Sequence record: SRR16203515_1468
DNA length: 47,298 bases
Direction: 5' to 3' (one strand)
A program made the translations under genes and the position numbers. This document shows, one piece after another, positions 1-10,454 of the stretch. The notes beneath the pieces were generated by a model, which saw only the letters and a list, made by a program, of their open reading frames with translations, was not told the DNA's origin and made no database searches. The first letter of the stretch is position 1. Each line of letters begins with the position of its first letter.

Positions 1-33
1 AAAAAGCCTGCTTTATAAAGCAGGCTTTTTTTC
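1..33. terminator. Intrinsic terminator hairpin of a gene upstream of the window
   Basis: aaaaagcctgcttt-at-aaagcaggcttttt inverted repeat followed by a T tract. Confidence 0.75.
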
Positions 34-348
34 TCAAACTCAAGCAATTAAAACGTTCAGTCAAGCGACCAAAGCCAGCCAAACACTATGGTAAATGCAT
101 CTGTCGCTAATACAAATAAACCGGCTCTATTGTCACTTTAGATTGCAGCCGAAATTTAAAAACGTGTGCTCTATCACTACCGAAAAAAAGATTATTCGCG
201 ACTAAGTTCACGAATAATTTTGCTGCTAAAAACGCTGCGTGATCCAATTCAACTTTACAGGCTAATTATCACTTTATTGTTAGTTCAAGCCCGTTAAAAC
301 GAGCACAATATCGCAGCTTTAGCTGCACCAGCTAAAAATAGGATAAGA

Positions 349-1092
349 ATGATGAAACTAAAAATGATGTTCGGCATCGCCGCGTTAACTTCTACCGCTG
401 CTTTAGCTCAAGGGCCACAGTGCGATCACGCACAGCTACCATACCAGCAAATGACGCCAGTCCCGTACGACAGCACGCCATATGCGCCACAAGATACTAT
501 GCCTGCACAGTGTGCTAACCCAGAAGTTGAAGCCTATATTGCAGCTTGGGAAGCGGGTGAAATTGACTTTACTACTATCAAGTCAAATAGCAGCATTCCA
601 GCGGATCAGCAGTTCTGTAAGTCACTTGACGATGACGGTAACGTTCTAGAGATCGCTGACTGTGATAAATCTAAATCACCTGTTGGTTACATCTGGAAAG
701 AACTTTCAGACAGCCCAACTGTAATTGGTATTACTGATGGCGGCCGTTCAGACCACGCACCACACTTCCATGGTCAGCCAGAGTGTTACTACGTAGTCAC
801 AGGTGAAAGCCAAACATTAGCGCAAAACAAGTTCCAAAAACTATCTCTAGGTCAATACTTCTATATTCCTGGCGCAACGATCCACAACACGCCAATCCTG
901 AGCGACAAAGGTTTAGGTGTAATGTACTGGTACCCAAACAACGCACACTTTAACGGCTTTAAGTACTACTGGCGTAAAGACGTGCAAAATCTACGCGTAG
1001 CTGAAGAAGCTTTCGACCGCGTAGATGAAATCCGTAAGCGTGATCTAAACTTAGGCCCTTATGGTACTAACGAAGCTATCTTCAAGAAGTAA
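349..1092 (+). CDS. Secreted cupin-domain protein (C-terminal cupin resembling DddK/DddW-type metal cupins)
   Basis: N-terminal Sec signal (MMKLKMMFGIAALTSTAALA); cupin motif 1 PHFHGQPECYYVVTG and motif 2 YIPGATIH; AGGA RBS upstream. Confidence 0.75.
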   Translation: MMKLKMMFGIAALTSTAALAQGPQCDHAQLPYQQMTPVPYDSTPYAPQDTMPAQCANPEVEAYIAAWEAGEIDFTTIKSNSSIPADQQFCKSLDDDGNVLEIADCDKSKSPVGYIWKELSDSPTVIGITDGGRSDHAPHFHGQPECYYVVTGESQTLAQNKFQKLSLGQYFYIPGATIHNTPILSDKGLGVMYWYPNNAHFNGFKYYWRKDVQNLRVAEEAFDRVDEIRKRDLNLGPYGTNEAIFKK

Positions 1093-1121
1093 GCTTTATA
1101 AACGAGCAACATCGTTAATGT

Positions 1122-1146
1122 AAAAGGGCCTAATAGGGCCCTTTTT
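1122..1146. terminator. Bidirectional intrinsic terminator between convergent genes
   Basis: aaaagggcc-taatag-ggccctttt hairpin with A and T tails. Confidence 0.75.
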
Positions 1147-1165
1147 CGTTTGCTGTGAAACTAAG

Positions 1166-2368
1166 CTAAAATGCTTCATTAACGTTAAAATAAAAGCCAC
1201 TATCACCATCACCCCACGCCATGTCTAAGCGCAAATTAACCCGAGGTTTGACTTCAAACCGATAACCAATCCCACCGTTAGGTAAGATTTTATTGGCGTC
1301 AAAGCCACTAATATCATCGGCAATCACACCGGCTCCGCCCCAAAAAACCATGCCGTGACGCCCCGGTAAATTGAGCCGATATTCAACTTGGGTCATCAGC
1401 ATCTGCTTATCGCGATAACGCCCAGATGTATAACCGCGCAGTAAGTCACCGCCCCCCGCTTTTGACAGTTGGTCCCATGGCACGTCACCGCTAGTGAATC
1501 GCCCACGAACCTGCCAAGCTAAGATATCTTCGCCACGCCCTGTTTGCATGTATTCACTATAAAGCGCGTTATACACATCAAAGTCTGTTTTACTGCCTAA
1601 ATACTGACGATAAAAAGCGGCATCTATCTCAAGAATACGGCCAGATTGCGGGTTTAATACATTGTCGCGGCTATCGTGATTTAACAGCACATTTAAGCCG
1701 ACACTGCGAGAGCTTTCATCAAGCAAACTTGGATCGACAGCAGAATCTAACGGGTCAATTTTACTGGCATCGGCATAGCTAAAATCAAAGCCAATACCAA
1801 CAAAACTCGTTGGGCTCATCCGCTGCAATAACATAGGGTTGATTGACAATATGCGCTGATTAAACTCAACCCTATTCGCCTGTTGATGGTTATCATCGTA
1901 ACCAACACCATAAAAAACATCTGGGGCATCAAATATTTCGGCATTGAGATAAAACCTTTGCTGATCTTGGTTGATAAAGGTTTTATTGGCCATGGCTACA
2001 CCTAACGCCCCATTAGTCGATGCCAGACCATTAATCACCAATGAAGATAGCTGGCTAACCTCATCGTCTGGATCAAATTGGTACAAACCTACTGCCGAGA
2101 TCCCAACACCTAAATCCATTTCAGGATTATAAAATGGCCCCGGAAGATAGCTAAAATCGATAAGCTTGTTTGGGTCAAACTCACCATCTGCACCTAAGGT
2201 TTGTAAAAAATCTTCAACCCATCCCTGCGACTCTTGGTTATCAGCTGCTTCAGCATCCTTTGCAATCTCCTTAGCCACCACATAGGTTGCGGGTAAAGCA
2301 AGGCAGGCTAATATGAGCGAAAATCGACTACACCTAATAAAATAGGACGCTTTGCTCATTTCCGTCAT
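1166..2368 (-). CDS. BamA/TamA (Omp85) family outer-membrane beta-barrel protein without POTRA domains
   Basis: Signal peptide; Omp85 hallmarks DSRDNVLNPQSG and LRGYTSGRYRD; C-terminal FYFNVNEAF beta-signal. Confidence 0.8.
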   Translation of the reverse strand: MTEMSKASYFIRCSRFSLILACLALPATYVVAKEIAKDAEAADNQESQGWVEDFLQTLGADGEFDPNKLIDFSYLPGPFYNPEMDLGVGISAVGLYQFDPDDEVSQLSSLVINGLASTNGALGVAMANKTFINQDQQRFYLNAEIFDAPDVFYGVGYDDNHQQANRVEFNQRILSINPMLLQRMSPTSFVGIGFDFSYADASKIDPLDSAVDPSLLDESSRSVGLNVLLNHDSRDNVLNPQSGRILEIDAAFYRQYLGSKTDFDVYNALYSEYMQTGRGEDILAWQVRGRFTSGDVPWDQLSKAGGGDLLRGYTSGRYRDKQMLMTQVEYRLNLPGRHGMVFWGGAGVIADDISGFDANKILPNGGIGYRFEVKPRVNLRLDMAWGDGDSGFYFNVNEAF

Positions 2369-3666
2369 TTCACCTCCAGTGGATTAGTAACCTCATTTGC
2401 CGATTCTGATTGCTGATGCTGTTGCAGCTCAATGGTGTCTTGAGCTTGGTTATATTGGCTTATGAGTTTGAAATCAGCTTGAGTAAAACCGTTTTGCCAA
2501 AGTGCTGGCGGAATATGCTTAAAGTTGTGTTTAAACTTATCAGCCACTATCAGCTTTTGCGTTGCAACTTTATCAATTTCAATACCATGCACTGTGTTAC
2601 TAAGTGAAAGTGAGTGCGCTTGATTGTGTTTTGCATAAAGTGGCTTTACCTCTTGCCAACTAGCATGTTGCTCAGCAAGTTGTTTTGATACTAGGTAAGG
2701 TGACTGCTTATCGCCGAGTTCATAATGGCGTTTCAGCAGCATAAACTTACTCGGTAATGCTTGGTTAGAGTCCCACCAATAACCATCAATCACATCAAAA
2801 AGTGCATTGGTTTGCGCAATAGAAACCGGCTCTAACCAAGCAAGCGTGGCCGCCAACCATTGGGTCATATGTTGGTTGTAAAGCTCTTTACTCATAGCAA
2901 GATTATTATTTAGTAAACCTAACGCGATTTTCGCCCCAAGCATGTTTGAGTAGAGATCTTCTGGGGAGTAAGCTGAGACGGTTTCAGACCAAGGCGCCCA
3001 ACTTCGGTAGCCATGCCACTGCGCAACCTCATGGGCTTCAGCCATAAAGTATGCCAGCCTTACCGCTATGGCGGCGGCAGATTCCCAACGCTCTCTAGGC
3101 GTGAATGACGACGTATCAAATTCTTTAAGCTCAATGACTCGTGGGCCGATTTCATCGGGCAGTTTAATTGTTTGCGATAACCCTAGTTGAGGATAGATAC
3201 GATAAAACAGTGCTATTGCATTGTCTGCAGTATCACGAACATGGGCCAAGTCGATAAAACCGCCCTTTAGTGTATACATTTGGCCATTATGCTCAGTGCC
3301 ACGTTTGCCATTAGGCGCATCTTTTTGAAAACTAAACGTACCGGCTTCGAACGCATGAGGGCCAACACTATCAACAGCTAACGTGTTCGCATAACGAAAA
3401 AATGGGATCGGCACTGGGCCAACCTTAACTTTTTGCGCATTACCAAACGCACAGCAAGGTCGAACCGCCTCAGGAATAGGCACTAAAGGTAGCTCTTGCA
3501 GTGACAACGCATGCAGCTGATTAAGGTCGGGCTCATCATCTAGCACTGCACTAACCGCAGCCTCACTAGGTAAGGCTCTCACTTGCCAATCATTACTGCT
3601 ACAAGCACTGAGTAAAGCGATGGCTATAAAACCTGTGACATGAGTTAAGCGCTGACAAAAACTCAT
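2365..3666 (-). CDS. DUF4056-like lipoprotein
   Basis: Lipobox LSAC; RPCCAFG, GGFIDLAHVRDTAD, HEVAQWHG and SAYSPEDLYSN motifs, which I recall as DUF4056; 4-bp overlaps with both neighbours. Confidence 0.6.
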   Translation of the reverse strand: MSFCQRLTHVTGFIAIALLSACSSNDWQVRALPSEAAVSAVLDDEPDLNQLHALSLQELPLVPIPEAVRPCCAFGNAQKVKVGPVPIPFFRYANTLAVDSVGPHAFEAGTFSFQKDAPNGKRGTEHNGQMYTLKGGFIDLAHVRDTADNAIALFYRIYPQLGLSQTIKLPDEIGPRVIELKEFDTSSFTPRERWESAAAIAVRLAYFMAEAHEVAQWHGYRSWAPWSETVSAYSPEDLYSNMLGAKIALGLLNNNLAMSKELYNQHMTQWLAATLAWLEPVSIAQTNALFDVIDGYWWDSNQALPSKFMLLKRHYELGDKQSPYLVSKQLAEQHASWQEVKPLYAKHNQAHSLSLSNTVHGIEIDKVATQKLIVADKFKHNFKHIPPALWQNGFTQADFKLISQYNQAQDTIELQQHQQSESANEVTNPLEVK

Positions 3667-4583
3667 TGCACGAACGCCTTAACAGATTGAGTCACTATTT
3701 CTGGATAATCGTTACTTAAACCGTGTGCAGCCTTGGGAATAATCACTATCGGCGCACTTAAATAATCGGCTAATTGAATGCCTAAATTGAGCGGGAACAC
3801 CTTATCATTCTCGCCCCAAATCAACATACTTGGCGGCAAAGACTCAACTGATACTTCAGCTGCAATCCGGTCTCGGTCAGCAGGTAAACTATCAATTAAT
3901 TGGCGTTTTTCATCGAGGTAGCCAGCAAAGTACTTTTCAAAAATACCTGCGTCGATAAACCCAGGATACCAAGGGAAATCAACAAAGGTGCCATCGAGTA
4001 AACGGCGCATTTGCTTTGGATTTTGCGGCACAAAAATATCACTGGCTTCATCAACATTAAAACGCTGATTCATTAAAGCCAGTTCGCTATCTGGGAACAG
4101 TACTCCAGGACTGGCAAGCAATACCGCTTTTTCTACTTTCGGCTCAGTGATCATCAAATCAAAAGTGACAAAGCCACCGTAAGAGATCCCGACTAGATTA
4201 ACCTTATCTAGATCAAGCGCCGCAATCAGTTGCCTAACCGCCTTGGATTGCGTCGCTAAGCTCGCAGCCCCTTGACTATATGACTCTCCAAACCATGCAA
4301 GATCAGGGGCAATCACCCGATAATCCTTACTTAGGTTTATCATCACATCTTGCCAACTGGTTGCTGCAGTGCCACCAAAGCCATGCAGCAATAATATCAC
4401 TTCACCTTGGCCAGCTTGCCAATAGTTAAGCTCGCCGCCCTCTTGCAATGTGAGCTGATGTTGTGCAAAGCCCACATCTTGCAAAGCTGCTTTATCGCGA
4501 GCATCCACTATATCGACAGCTGAGCATCCTGCTAGTAAAAAACCAAGCATCACGCTAATGATAATGCGCATATTCATCTCCAA
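3663..4583 (-). CDS. Alpha/beta-hydrolase lipoprotein
   Basis: Lipobox LAGC; HGF oxyanion motif, GISYGG nucleophile elbow, WGENDKV acid, AAHG catalytic His; true start may be a downstream Met. Confidence 0.85.
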   Translation of the reverse strand: MEMNMRIIISVMLGFLLAGCSAVDIVDARDKAALQDVGFAQHQLTLQEGGELNYWQAGQGEVILLLHGFGGTAATSWQDVMINLSKDYRVIAPDLAWFGESYSQGAASLATQSKAVRQLIAALDLDKVNLVGISYGGFVTFDLMITEPKVEKAVLLASPGVLFPDSELALMNQRFNVDEASDIFVPQNPKQMRRLLDGTFVDFPWYPGFIDAGIFEKYFAGYLDEKRQLIDSLPADRDRIAAEVSVESLPPSMLIWGENDKVFPLNLGIQLADYLSAPIVIIPKAAHGLSNDYPEIVTQSVKAFVQ

Positions 4584-4615
4584 AACATTTCAAACAACCA
4601 GCGGCAAAACACACT

Positions 4616-5509
4616 TTAAAAGCGATAGCCAACACCCATCATAAAGCTGGTACGCGTCCCTAAGCCAAACTCCATCAATAGATCGATATTGTTAGTTAAA
4701 CTAATCTGGCTACCGATTAAACCATTCCACTTATCGGCTAAATGTTGGTTCACCTCAAATTTGGCATTGCCTAGTGGAATGCCAATATCACGCAAGTAAC
4801 CACTGAAGTTTTGTTCCACATTTTGGTACATGGCGCCCACCCAAATTTGTACATCACGATTGTTATACTCAGTGCGGTAACCAGCACGAGGAGACACAAC
4901 AATGCTGCTTATCTCACCATCGAGGATATTCAAACGGGTGTTGGTATAATTAACATCAAGCAAAGCAAACCAATTGCCAATTCCGCCAACTATGGTTCCG
5001 CCAACACCATAGGTAGTGCCTTTAAAGTCCAATATAAAATCAAAAGCTGGGCTAGTAAGATTACATGGGTTGAACTTACAAAATAGCGGCGGTAGCACCT
5101 CTGTTAAATCAGCTTCCAGCTTAACGTTAGCGATACTGCTTCCTTTGGTGTGACCAATAACCCCGTATAGATTTAAAAATGGCAATACCCACATATCACC
5201 TCTCAAAGAGAGTGTTTCTGAGGTTTGCTCCGCTAGACTTCCTTTGATACTGAGAATGTCGTCTAAGCCAGCTAAACCTGAAAAGCCAACCGAGTCGACC
5301 ACCAAGGGCTGATCCATGTTCATGTAGTTCAATGTGAAGCCGTACGGTTTAGGTAACTCATAACCTAAATCAATCGCTTCTTGAGCCCAAATAGGAAATG
5401 TTCTGTCGTAGAGCTCTTTATGCGGCTCTCTTTCAATAGAGTCTGCTTGGGATGGAGAAACAAAAAGCAGCACCGAAAGTGCTGCCAAAATAGAAATCAT
5501 TTTAAGCAT
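4616..5509 (-). CDS. Outer-membrane beta-barrel protein of unknown function
   Basis: Signal peptide, amphipathic beta-strands, C-terminal GVGYRF. Confidence 0.7.
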   Translation of the reverse strand: MLKMISILAALSVLLFVSPSQADSIEREPHKELYDRTFPIWAQEAIDLGYELPKPYGFTLNYMNMDQPLVVDSVGFSGLAGLDDILSIKGSLAEQTSETLSLRGDMWVLPFLNLYGVIGHTKGSSIANVKLEADLTEVLPPLFCKFNPCNLTSPAFDFILDFKGTTYGVGGTIVGGIGNWFALLDVNYTNTRLNILDGEISSIVVSPRAGYRTEYNNRDVQIWVGAMYQNVEQNFSGYLRDIGIPLGNAKFEVNQHLADKWNGLIGSQISLTNNIDLLMEFGLGTRTSFMMGVGYRF

Positions 5510-5736
5510 TTATAGATTAAACCTTTACTTGAAGAAAAACATCGATTGCAGTAAATCAAAAAACATCATGATGAGTGAAAAGACACATAAGACCATATAC
5601 CGCAATTATTACTTAACAAACTGAACTCAGACTTAAATACACCAATAGTAACAAAAGTGCAGAGTAAAAAACCAAGTTACAACAAAGCTCACCAACTTTA
5701 TAAGACATCTGCCAAATTAACCAACATTTTATATTA

Positions 5737-7089
5737 CTAGCTATTATTAAGTTGTTTGAAATCTCCACCTGCATCAGTATTTATTAAAGTAAATAGATTT
5801 GGATGGCGCTTTCGAGTTAATACGATATCAATAATGCTGGTTTGATCTGGCTGGAGCAGCAATGCAACCTGCTTAGGTTCAGAATGAAATTCTGCACTGC
5901 GGTAATAGCACATGCCATTATCTGGCCTAGGCTCAATCCGCAAACCTAGCTGACCATTACTAATATTAGCGAGTTTATTGCTATCAAGGTAAAAACTCAC
6001 AACATGGCTATTTTTCAAGTTTTTTTGCCTATCTAGCATGAAGCCTTTTTTAAACTTACCCGGCAAAAAATCAGCACCTGAAAGCAACACAATATCGAAG
6101 TCCTCAATCGGATTGCCTAAATCATCACTAACCCGCACTACCAACATACTGCCACGAAACTGCTTTCGGTGGCCGCTCTCGCTTGCCGTTGCCATCAAGC
6201 TAGAAAGCTGCTGATATTGCTCGGTATTACAGGTATTTAGGCATTGTAAAATCCGCTGCACCACAGGCTTTTGCTTGGCATTACGAGACGTCACAGAAGT
6301 CATAATGCCTTTGCTATTGCCACTGTGACTGGCTTTTTTAATCACCTCGAAAGCAACCTTATGCTGTGGGGTAACATATTGACTCTGTGAAAGTTTAACA
6401 ACACAGCGCGCATCAAAACCATTACAGGATTCGGCACTTTCCACTAACTTAACATAGGTAAAATTAAGATTTGCAGCAGCAACTCGAACTACACCATCTG
6501 AACCTGACTCCGCAGTATAACTATTAAGATAATCGTAAAGCTTATCGTCAATAGTTTCGCCTGTTAGCACAAAGGGCCAAGGCCCCTCACCTAGCTTAAA
6601 CTCCCTCAACCAATCCAAGTTAAGTTGCAATTGTTGAGTACTGCCAAGCTCCAGCCAATCTAAAACTGCTTGCCCCGGTTCGACTCCAGCAAAGAAACTC
6701 TTAATTCGCGCCACTCGGGATTTTCCTAACTGCGCCAGTGCAGAGCCATGATTGGCAGGCGCCAACATTATTAGGTGAGTAAGCGGACAGGTTTTAATAT
6801 CGGTGCCAGAAAAAAACATTTGTAACCACTGGCGCATTACTGGTGCCCCCGTGGAGTGAGTAATGGCGGCAAAAGGTTTATTAGCTAACAAACTTAACCG
6901 AGCATCATCAAACGCTCTTGCAATGTCGTCGAGTCGAACCTCATCGTCAAAGCTAATATATCGCCCCAAATGAATATGGTGCACTGATAATTTTGAGTCT
7001 GCATCAGACAGCTTTTCTAGTACCTGTGGCAACTGACCATAAGTGTCGGTATTGGTTACATTCCATCCATGAACAAAAACTAAATCCAC
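5737..7089 (-). CDS. Alpha/beta-hydrolase fold putative lipase/phospholipase with extra C-terminal domain
   Basis: VFVHGW, THSTG nucleophile elbow, LAPANHGS, SDGVV, ASHSG; GTG start. Confidence 0.7.
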   Translation of the reverse strand: MDLVFVHGWNVTNTDTYGQLPQVLEKLSDADSKLSVHHIHLGRYISFDDEVRLDDIARAFDDARLSLLANKPFAAITHSTGAPVMRQWLQMFFSGTDIKTCPLTHLIMLAPANHGSALAQLGKSRVARIKSFFAGVEPGQAVLDWLELGSTQQLQLNLDWLREFKLGEGPWPFVLTGETIDDKLYDYLNSYTAESGSDGVVRVAAANLNFTYVKLVESAESCNGFDARCVVKLSQSQYVTPQHKVAFEVIKKASHSGNSKGIMTSVTSRNAKQKPVVQRILQCLNTCNTEQYQQLSSLMATASESGHRKQFRGSMLVVRVSDDLGNPIEDFDIVLLSGADFLPGKFKKGFMLDRQKNLKNSHVVSFYLDSNKLANISNGQLGLRIEPRPDNGMCYYRSAEFHSEPKQVALLLQPDQTSIIDIVLTRKRHPNLFTLINTDAGGDFKQLNNS

Positions 7090-7327
7090 ACAATCCTCTG
7101 CAATTATTTTTGACAGCAGCTCGATGATTTCCCGCTTTATGGTAAAGACATCAATCTACTCAACATTATTTTTCAATAAGTTACCAGAAACTCACAGATA
7201 GCTATATAGCAAAATACTCAACATAAGCGACTGTTAATATCATTCAGTTCTTATTCAGCAAGCCTCGCCTATGATGTGCCCAACAAAACGCAACACCGAA
7301 ACTATTTATCCTACTTTGGAGTACAAC

Positions 7328-7948
7328 ATGAAAACTAAAGCACTTATCCTAGCGTCTGTAATGGCAACAGCAATCTCAGCACCGACTATGGCTGCAGACT
7401 GGTTTATTGGTGGCGGTGTTGGCGCACAGCAAAATTCTTACAAAGGTTCATATGTGCCTGATATTCAAAATCCAATTGCTGGAGGTCCTCAGACAACACA
7501 TGTGAAAGAAACTGAAAATAATGCCGTTTACGAACTAAGAGCTGGTGTTTACTTAAATGACGCTAACCGTGTGTATGGTACGTACTCTTACAATTCAGAC
7601 GATTTTTCAAAGCAACAAAGTTTCTTGATGTCTTACGACTACTTAGTTGGCCTGGGCGACAGCAACAAGCTTAACTGGTTTATTGGTGCAACAGCGGGTG
7701 TAAACCACATCAGCCCAGATACTAGCGCAGTAGATTCTGACAACCGTTTTGTATGGGGTGGTCAAACAGGTGTTATGTATAAGATTAATGACAACCTAAG
7801 CACTGAAATTGGTTACCGCTACTTGAAGCAAGATTACGACGTAAACAATCAGCCAGTTCCTACACCATATAATGCTGTAGCTGGAACAGAAACAGCATCA
7901 CTCAACGACAGCCAACAACTATACCTATCGGTTGACTACCGTTTCTAA
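7328..7948 (+). CDS. OmpA/OmpW-like 8-stranded outer-membrane beta-barrel protein
   Basis: ATG at 7328 with GGAG RBS; signal peptide MKTKALILASVMATAISAPTMA; ends VDYRF. Confidence 0.8.
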   Translation: MKTKALILASVMATAISAPTMAADWFIGGGVGAQQNSYKGSYVPDIQNPIAGGPQTTHVKETENNAVYELRAGVYLNDANRVYGTYSYNSDDFSKQQSFLMSYDYLVGLGDSNKLNWFIGATAGVNHISPDTSAVDSDNRFVWGGQTGVMYKINDNLSTEIGYRYLKQDYDVNNQPVPTPYNAVAGTETASLNDSQQLYLSVDYRF

Positions 7949-7964
7949 GCTATAAATAAATACC

Positions 7965-8004
7965 AAAAAGCCGGCAACTAATTTGTATTAGTTGCCGGCT
8001 TTTT
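7965..8004. terminator. Bidirectional intrinsic terminator
   Basis: aaaaagccggcaactaat-ttgt-attagttgccggcttttt long perfect stem between convergent genes. Confidence 0.85.
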
Positions 8005-8013
8005 GTTAGTGAA

Positions 8014-9501
8014 CTATTGGCTCACAAGGGCAAACTTGCGGGAGCGCTTATGATAAATTGCCAGCATAGAAACAGCGGTAACAATCACTGTTAACCAAGC
8101 CCAAGCAGTGGTAACCCCAATATTGAGCAGTTGAAACCCTAGCAATGAACTTATTGCAGCAATAATCGCAAAGGGTAATTGAGTAATAACATGATCGTGT
8201 GGCTGACAGCCTGAACTGGTTGCGCTAATCACGCTCGTATCTGAAATCGGCGAGCAGTGATCACCAAATACAGAACCCGCCATTACAGCACTTAGGCTTG
8301 CTAGCAATAACTCTGGATTAACAGCAAGCGCCACCTCGGCGCCAATAGGGATCATAATCGCGAATGTTCCCCAACTTGAGCCGGTTGTAAACGCCATAAT
8401 CGCGCACAGTAAAAAAGTGCCAGCAACTAACATCTCTTTCGACAAAAACTGCTCAGCCCAACTTGCGAGCATTTTTGCTACGCCTAAATCGGCAATTACA
8501 GCGCCAATTAGCCAAGTACAAAGCAAGATAGAAATGGCAAAACTCATAGCACGGGCGCCAGAGACCAAATCGCCCAATAACAAACTTAAGCTGCGGCCAT
8601 TTAGCTTTAACAGCAAGATCGCGAGCGATGTCGCTAACAAACAAGCATTTCGCATGGCTTCGCCTATATCTGCAGACGTAATCCAATCACTAAGACTTGA
8701 ACCTTGTGCGTTTTGCGCGCCGGAATATAAAGTTAAGCCCACGGATGCAATTAACAATGTCATCATGGGCAGCCCCAACAACCACGGGCTGCCTGCATCA
8801 ACGTCATCGACGCCACTTGAATTTATAGTTGCCGCAGCATTAAAACCAACACCAAACCAAGCAATTAGAAACGATAGTAGGATAACTGTAATGGCATAAA
8901 AATTGGTTTTGGCAATCTCAATTAATGACTCTAACGGCGTTAAAGGTAACAGAGTAATACCCGCCAAAATCGCCATTACGTATGGTCCCCAATTTGAAAA
9001 AGGCAACAAAGCACATAGAGGCGATGCGTTGGAATCAACCAAGTAGGCTATTTGTTCACGCGACATATTGTATCGCTGACTTAGAGGCTGACAAACATGA
9101 CCCACAGCTAAGCAACTAAAAATGCCATCAATAAATACCACCCAACCAAGTACTACCACACCGATGCGTGCCTGACGGCCGCTTTTAATCCGGTGATATA
9201 GCCAATCAGCAAATAGTTTTACCGCTCCACCTCGAGCGAGCAGTTGCGTCATCATGCCCAACAGCAACATAGCGGCCAACACGTTCAAATGCCATGCTTG
9301 CCATTGACCATCGCGGTAAAATTGCAGCCAAGCTTTATCGCCAAGATAAGCCACTGCTTCAGTAAAATGGAATTGGGTTAAGATCAGTGCGCCAGAGACG
9401 ATACCGACACCTAATGCAACTAAGGTTTTACGAATTATTAGCGCTAAACTCAGGGTTAACAGCAGAGGAATCAGTATCAGCAAACTGTCGTTCATCACCA
9501 A
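8014..9501 (-). CDS. Na+/H+ antiporter NhaC family transporter
   Basis: Many TM helices; AFTTGSSWGTFAIMIPI and GSVFGDHCSPISDTS signature motifs. Confidence 0.85.
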   Translation of the reverse strand: MVMNDSLLILIPLLLTLSLALIIRKTLVALGVGIVSGALILTQFHFTEAVAYLGDKAWLQFYRDGQWQAWHLNVLAAMLLLGMMTQLLARGGAVKLFADWLYHRIKSGRQARIGVVVLGWVVFIDGIFSCLAVGHVCQPLSQRYNMSREQIAYLVDSNASPLCALLPFSNWGPYVMAILAGITLLPLTPLESLIEIAKTNFYAITVILLSFLIAWFGVGFNAAATINSSGVDDVDAGSPWLLGLPMMTLLIASVGLTLYSGAQNAQGSSLSDWITSADIGEAMRNACLLATSLAILLLKLNGRSLSLLLGDLVSGARAMSFAISILLCTWLIGAVIADLGVAKMLASWAEQFLSKEMLVAGTFLLCAIMAFTTGSSWGTFAIMIPIGAEVALAVNPELLLASLSAVMAGSVFGDHCSPISDTSVISATSSGCQPHDHVITQLPFAIIAAISSLLGFQLLNIGVTTAWAWLTVIVTAVSMLAIYHKRSRKFALVSQ

Positions 9502-9675
9502 GATCCAATAAGAAATAAATAGAAGAATACTAACGACTTACTAACAAGTGCAAAAAAAAACCTTTCACATCTATTTTATCGCCTCTTTTTTGTGCATTTA
9601 GCATAATTAGCTATTCAGCAATAGCCCGTCACTGCTAGAATCGGAGCTATCATCTCGCTATTAAAGGGACTCCTC

Positions 9676-9879
9676 ATGAGCCTAGAACTTTTATCGAAAT
9701 TGGAAACAAAAATCCAAGCTGCATTAGAAACTATTGAGCTACTAAAAATGGAGCTTGAGGAAGAGAAGCAGGCAAATACAGGCTTGTCAGAGCAGAACCA
9801 ACAACTACAGCAAGAACTGAACTCGTGGAACGAGAAAGTGACTGGCTTAGTTGGTCTACTCAACGACGAAGTAAACTAA
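9676..9879 (+). CDS. zapB: Cell division protein ZapB
   Basis: [31 protein letters not shown]...W...LVGLL short coiled coil typical of ZapB. Confidence 0.9.
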   Translation: MSLELLSKLETKIQAALETIELLKMELEEEKQANTGLSEQNQQLQQELNSWNEKVTGLVGLLNDEVN

Positions 9880-9893
9880 TAAAATTTCAAACG

Positions 9894-10106
9894 TTATGCA
9901 GTTTGCATCTCGTTGCTCTGAGACTCAATCAACTCGTTGAGCTCTAAAATAGCCTGCTTAACCTTAGGCAGGCTTTTTCTTGGCAGTAAAAACCTACCTT
10001 TATCAAATTCTAATCGCCCTAAATCCTTCACCCAGATCACTCCAGTCAAGAATATGCGCGCGTGCTTTACAATCAGTTTCGGTGCATAGACAGGAAAAAC
10101 TCTCAC
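9894..10106 (-). CDS. DUF1107 (YtfK-like) family small protein
   Basis: GTG start at 10106 preceded by GGGAGG; MRVFPVYAPKLIVKHARIFLTGVIWVKDLGRLEF. Confidence 0.7.
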   Translation of the reverse strand: MRVFPVYAPKLIVKHARIFLTGVIWVKDLGRLEFDKGRFLLPRKSLPKVKQAILELNELIESQSNEMQTA

Positions 10107-10431
10107 AAGACCTCCCGACAACTTTGTTTGTTGTTATTAATTTTTAAGTTGGACAGGTGTTTTACCATGAGAGTTTCATTTATTTGAGCATTTAATTGTA
10201 AATTTTTGAATCAGAATGTTATTAAAAATAAAATATTCTTGGCAATCAAACGTATAACAAAATTAGGCAATTTTTATTGTCAGCCGCTAATTTTTTGACT
10301 CCCTAAAATCAGTTGAATTTATCTTCTGTTTCTCGACTTCCACGCCGTTTTAGGTACCAGAAACTATTTTACACCGCAGGTTAATTATTAGGTTGATATT
10401 TGCTCAGCGGTAAATTAATCACCGCCAACAA

Positions 10432-10454
10432 AAAAGGAGCCATAGGCTCCTTTT
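10432..10454 (-). terminator. Intrinsic terminator of dsbA
   Basis: aaaaggagcc-ata-ggctcctttt hairpin just downstream of the dsbA stop. Confidence 0.75.

Noticed and set aside
7271-7327. Longer N-terminus of the OmpA-like ORF given in the track (likewise the starts at 22962, 23299, 28190, 31002, 33366 and 10121)
   Set aside because: Downstream starts have better RBS, signal peptides or coupling and avoid long overlaps
8417-8899. 160-aa plus-strand ORF antisense to the NhaC-family gene (and the many other 60-125 aa ORFs nested within longer genes)
   Set aside because: Fully overlap well-supported genes and have no recognisable motifs; typical antisense or alternate-frame shadows
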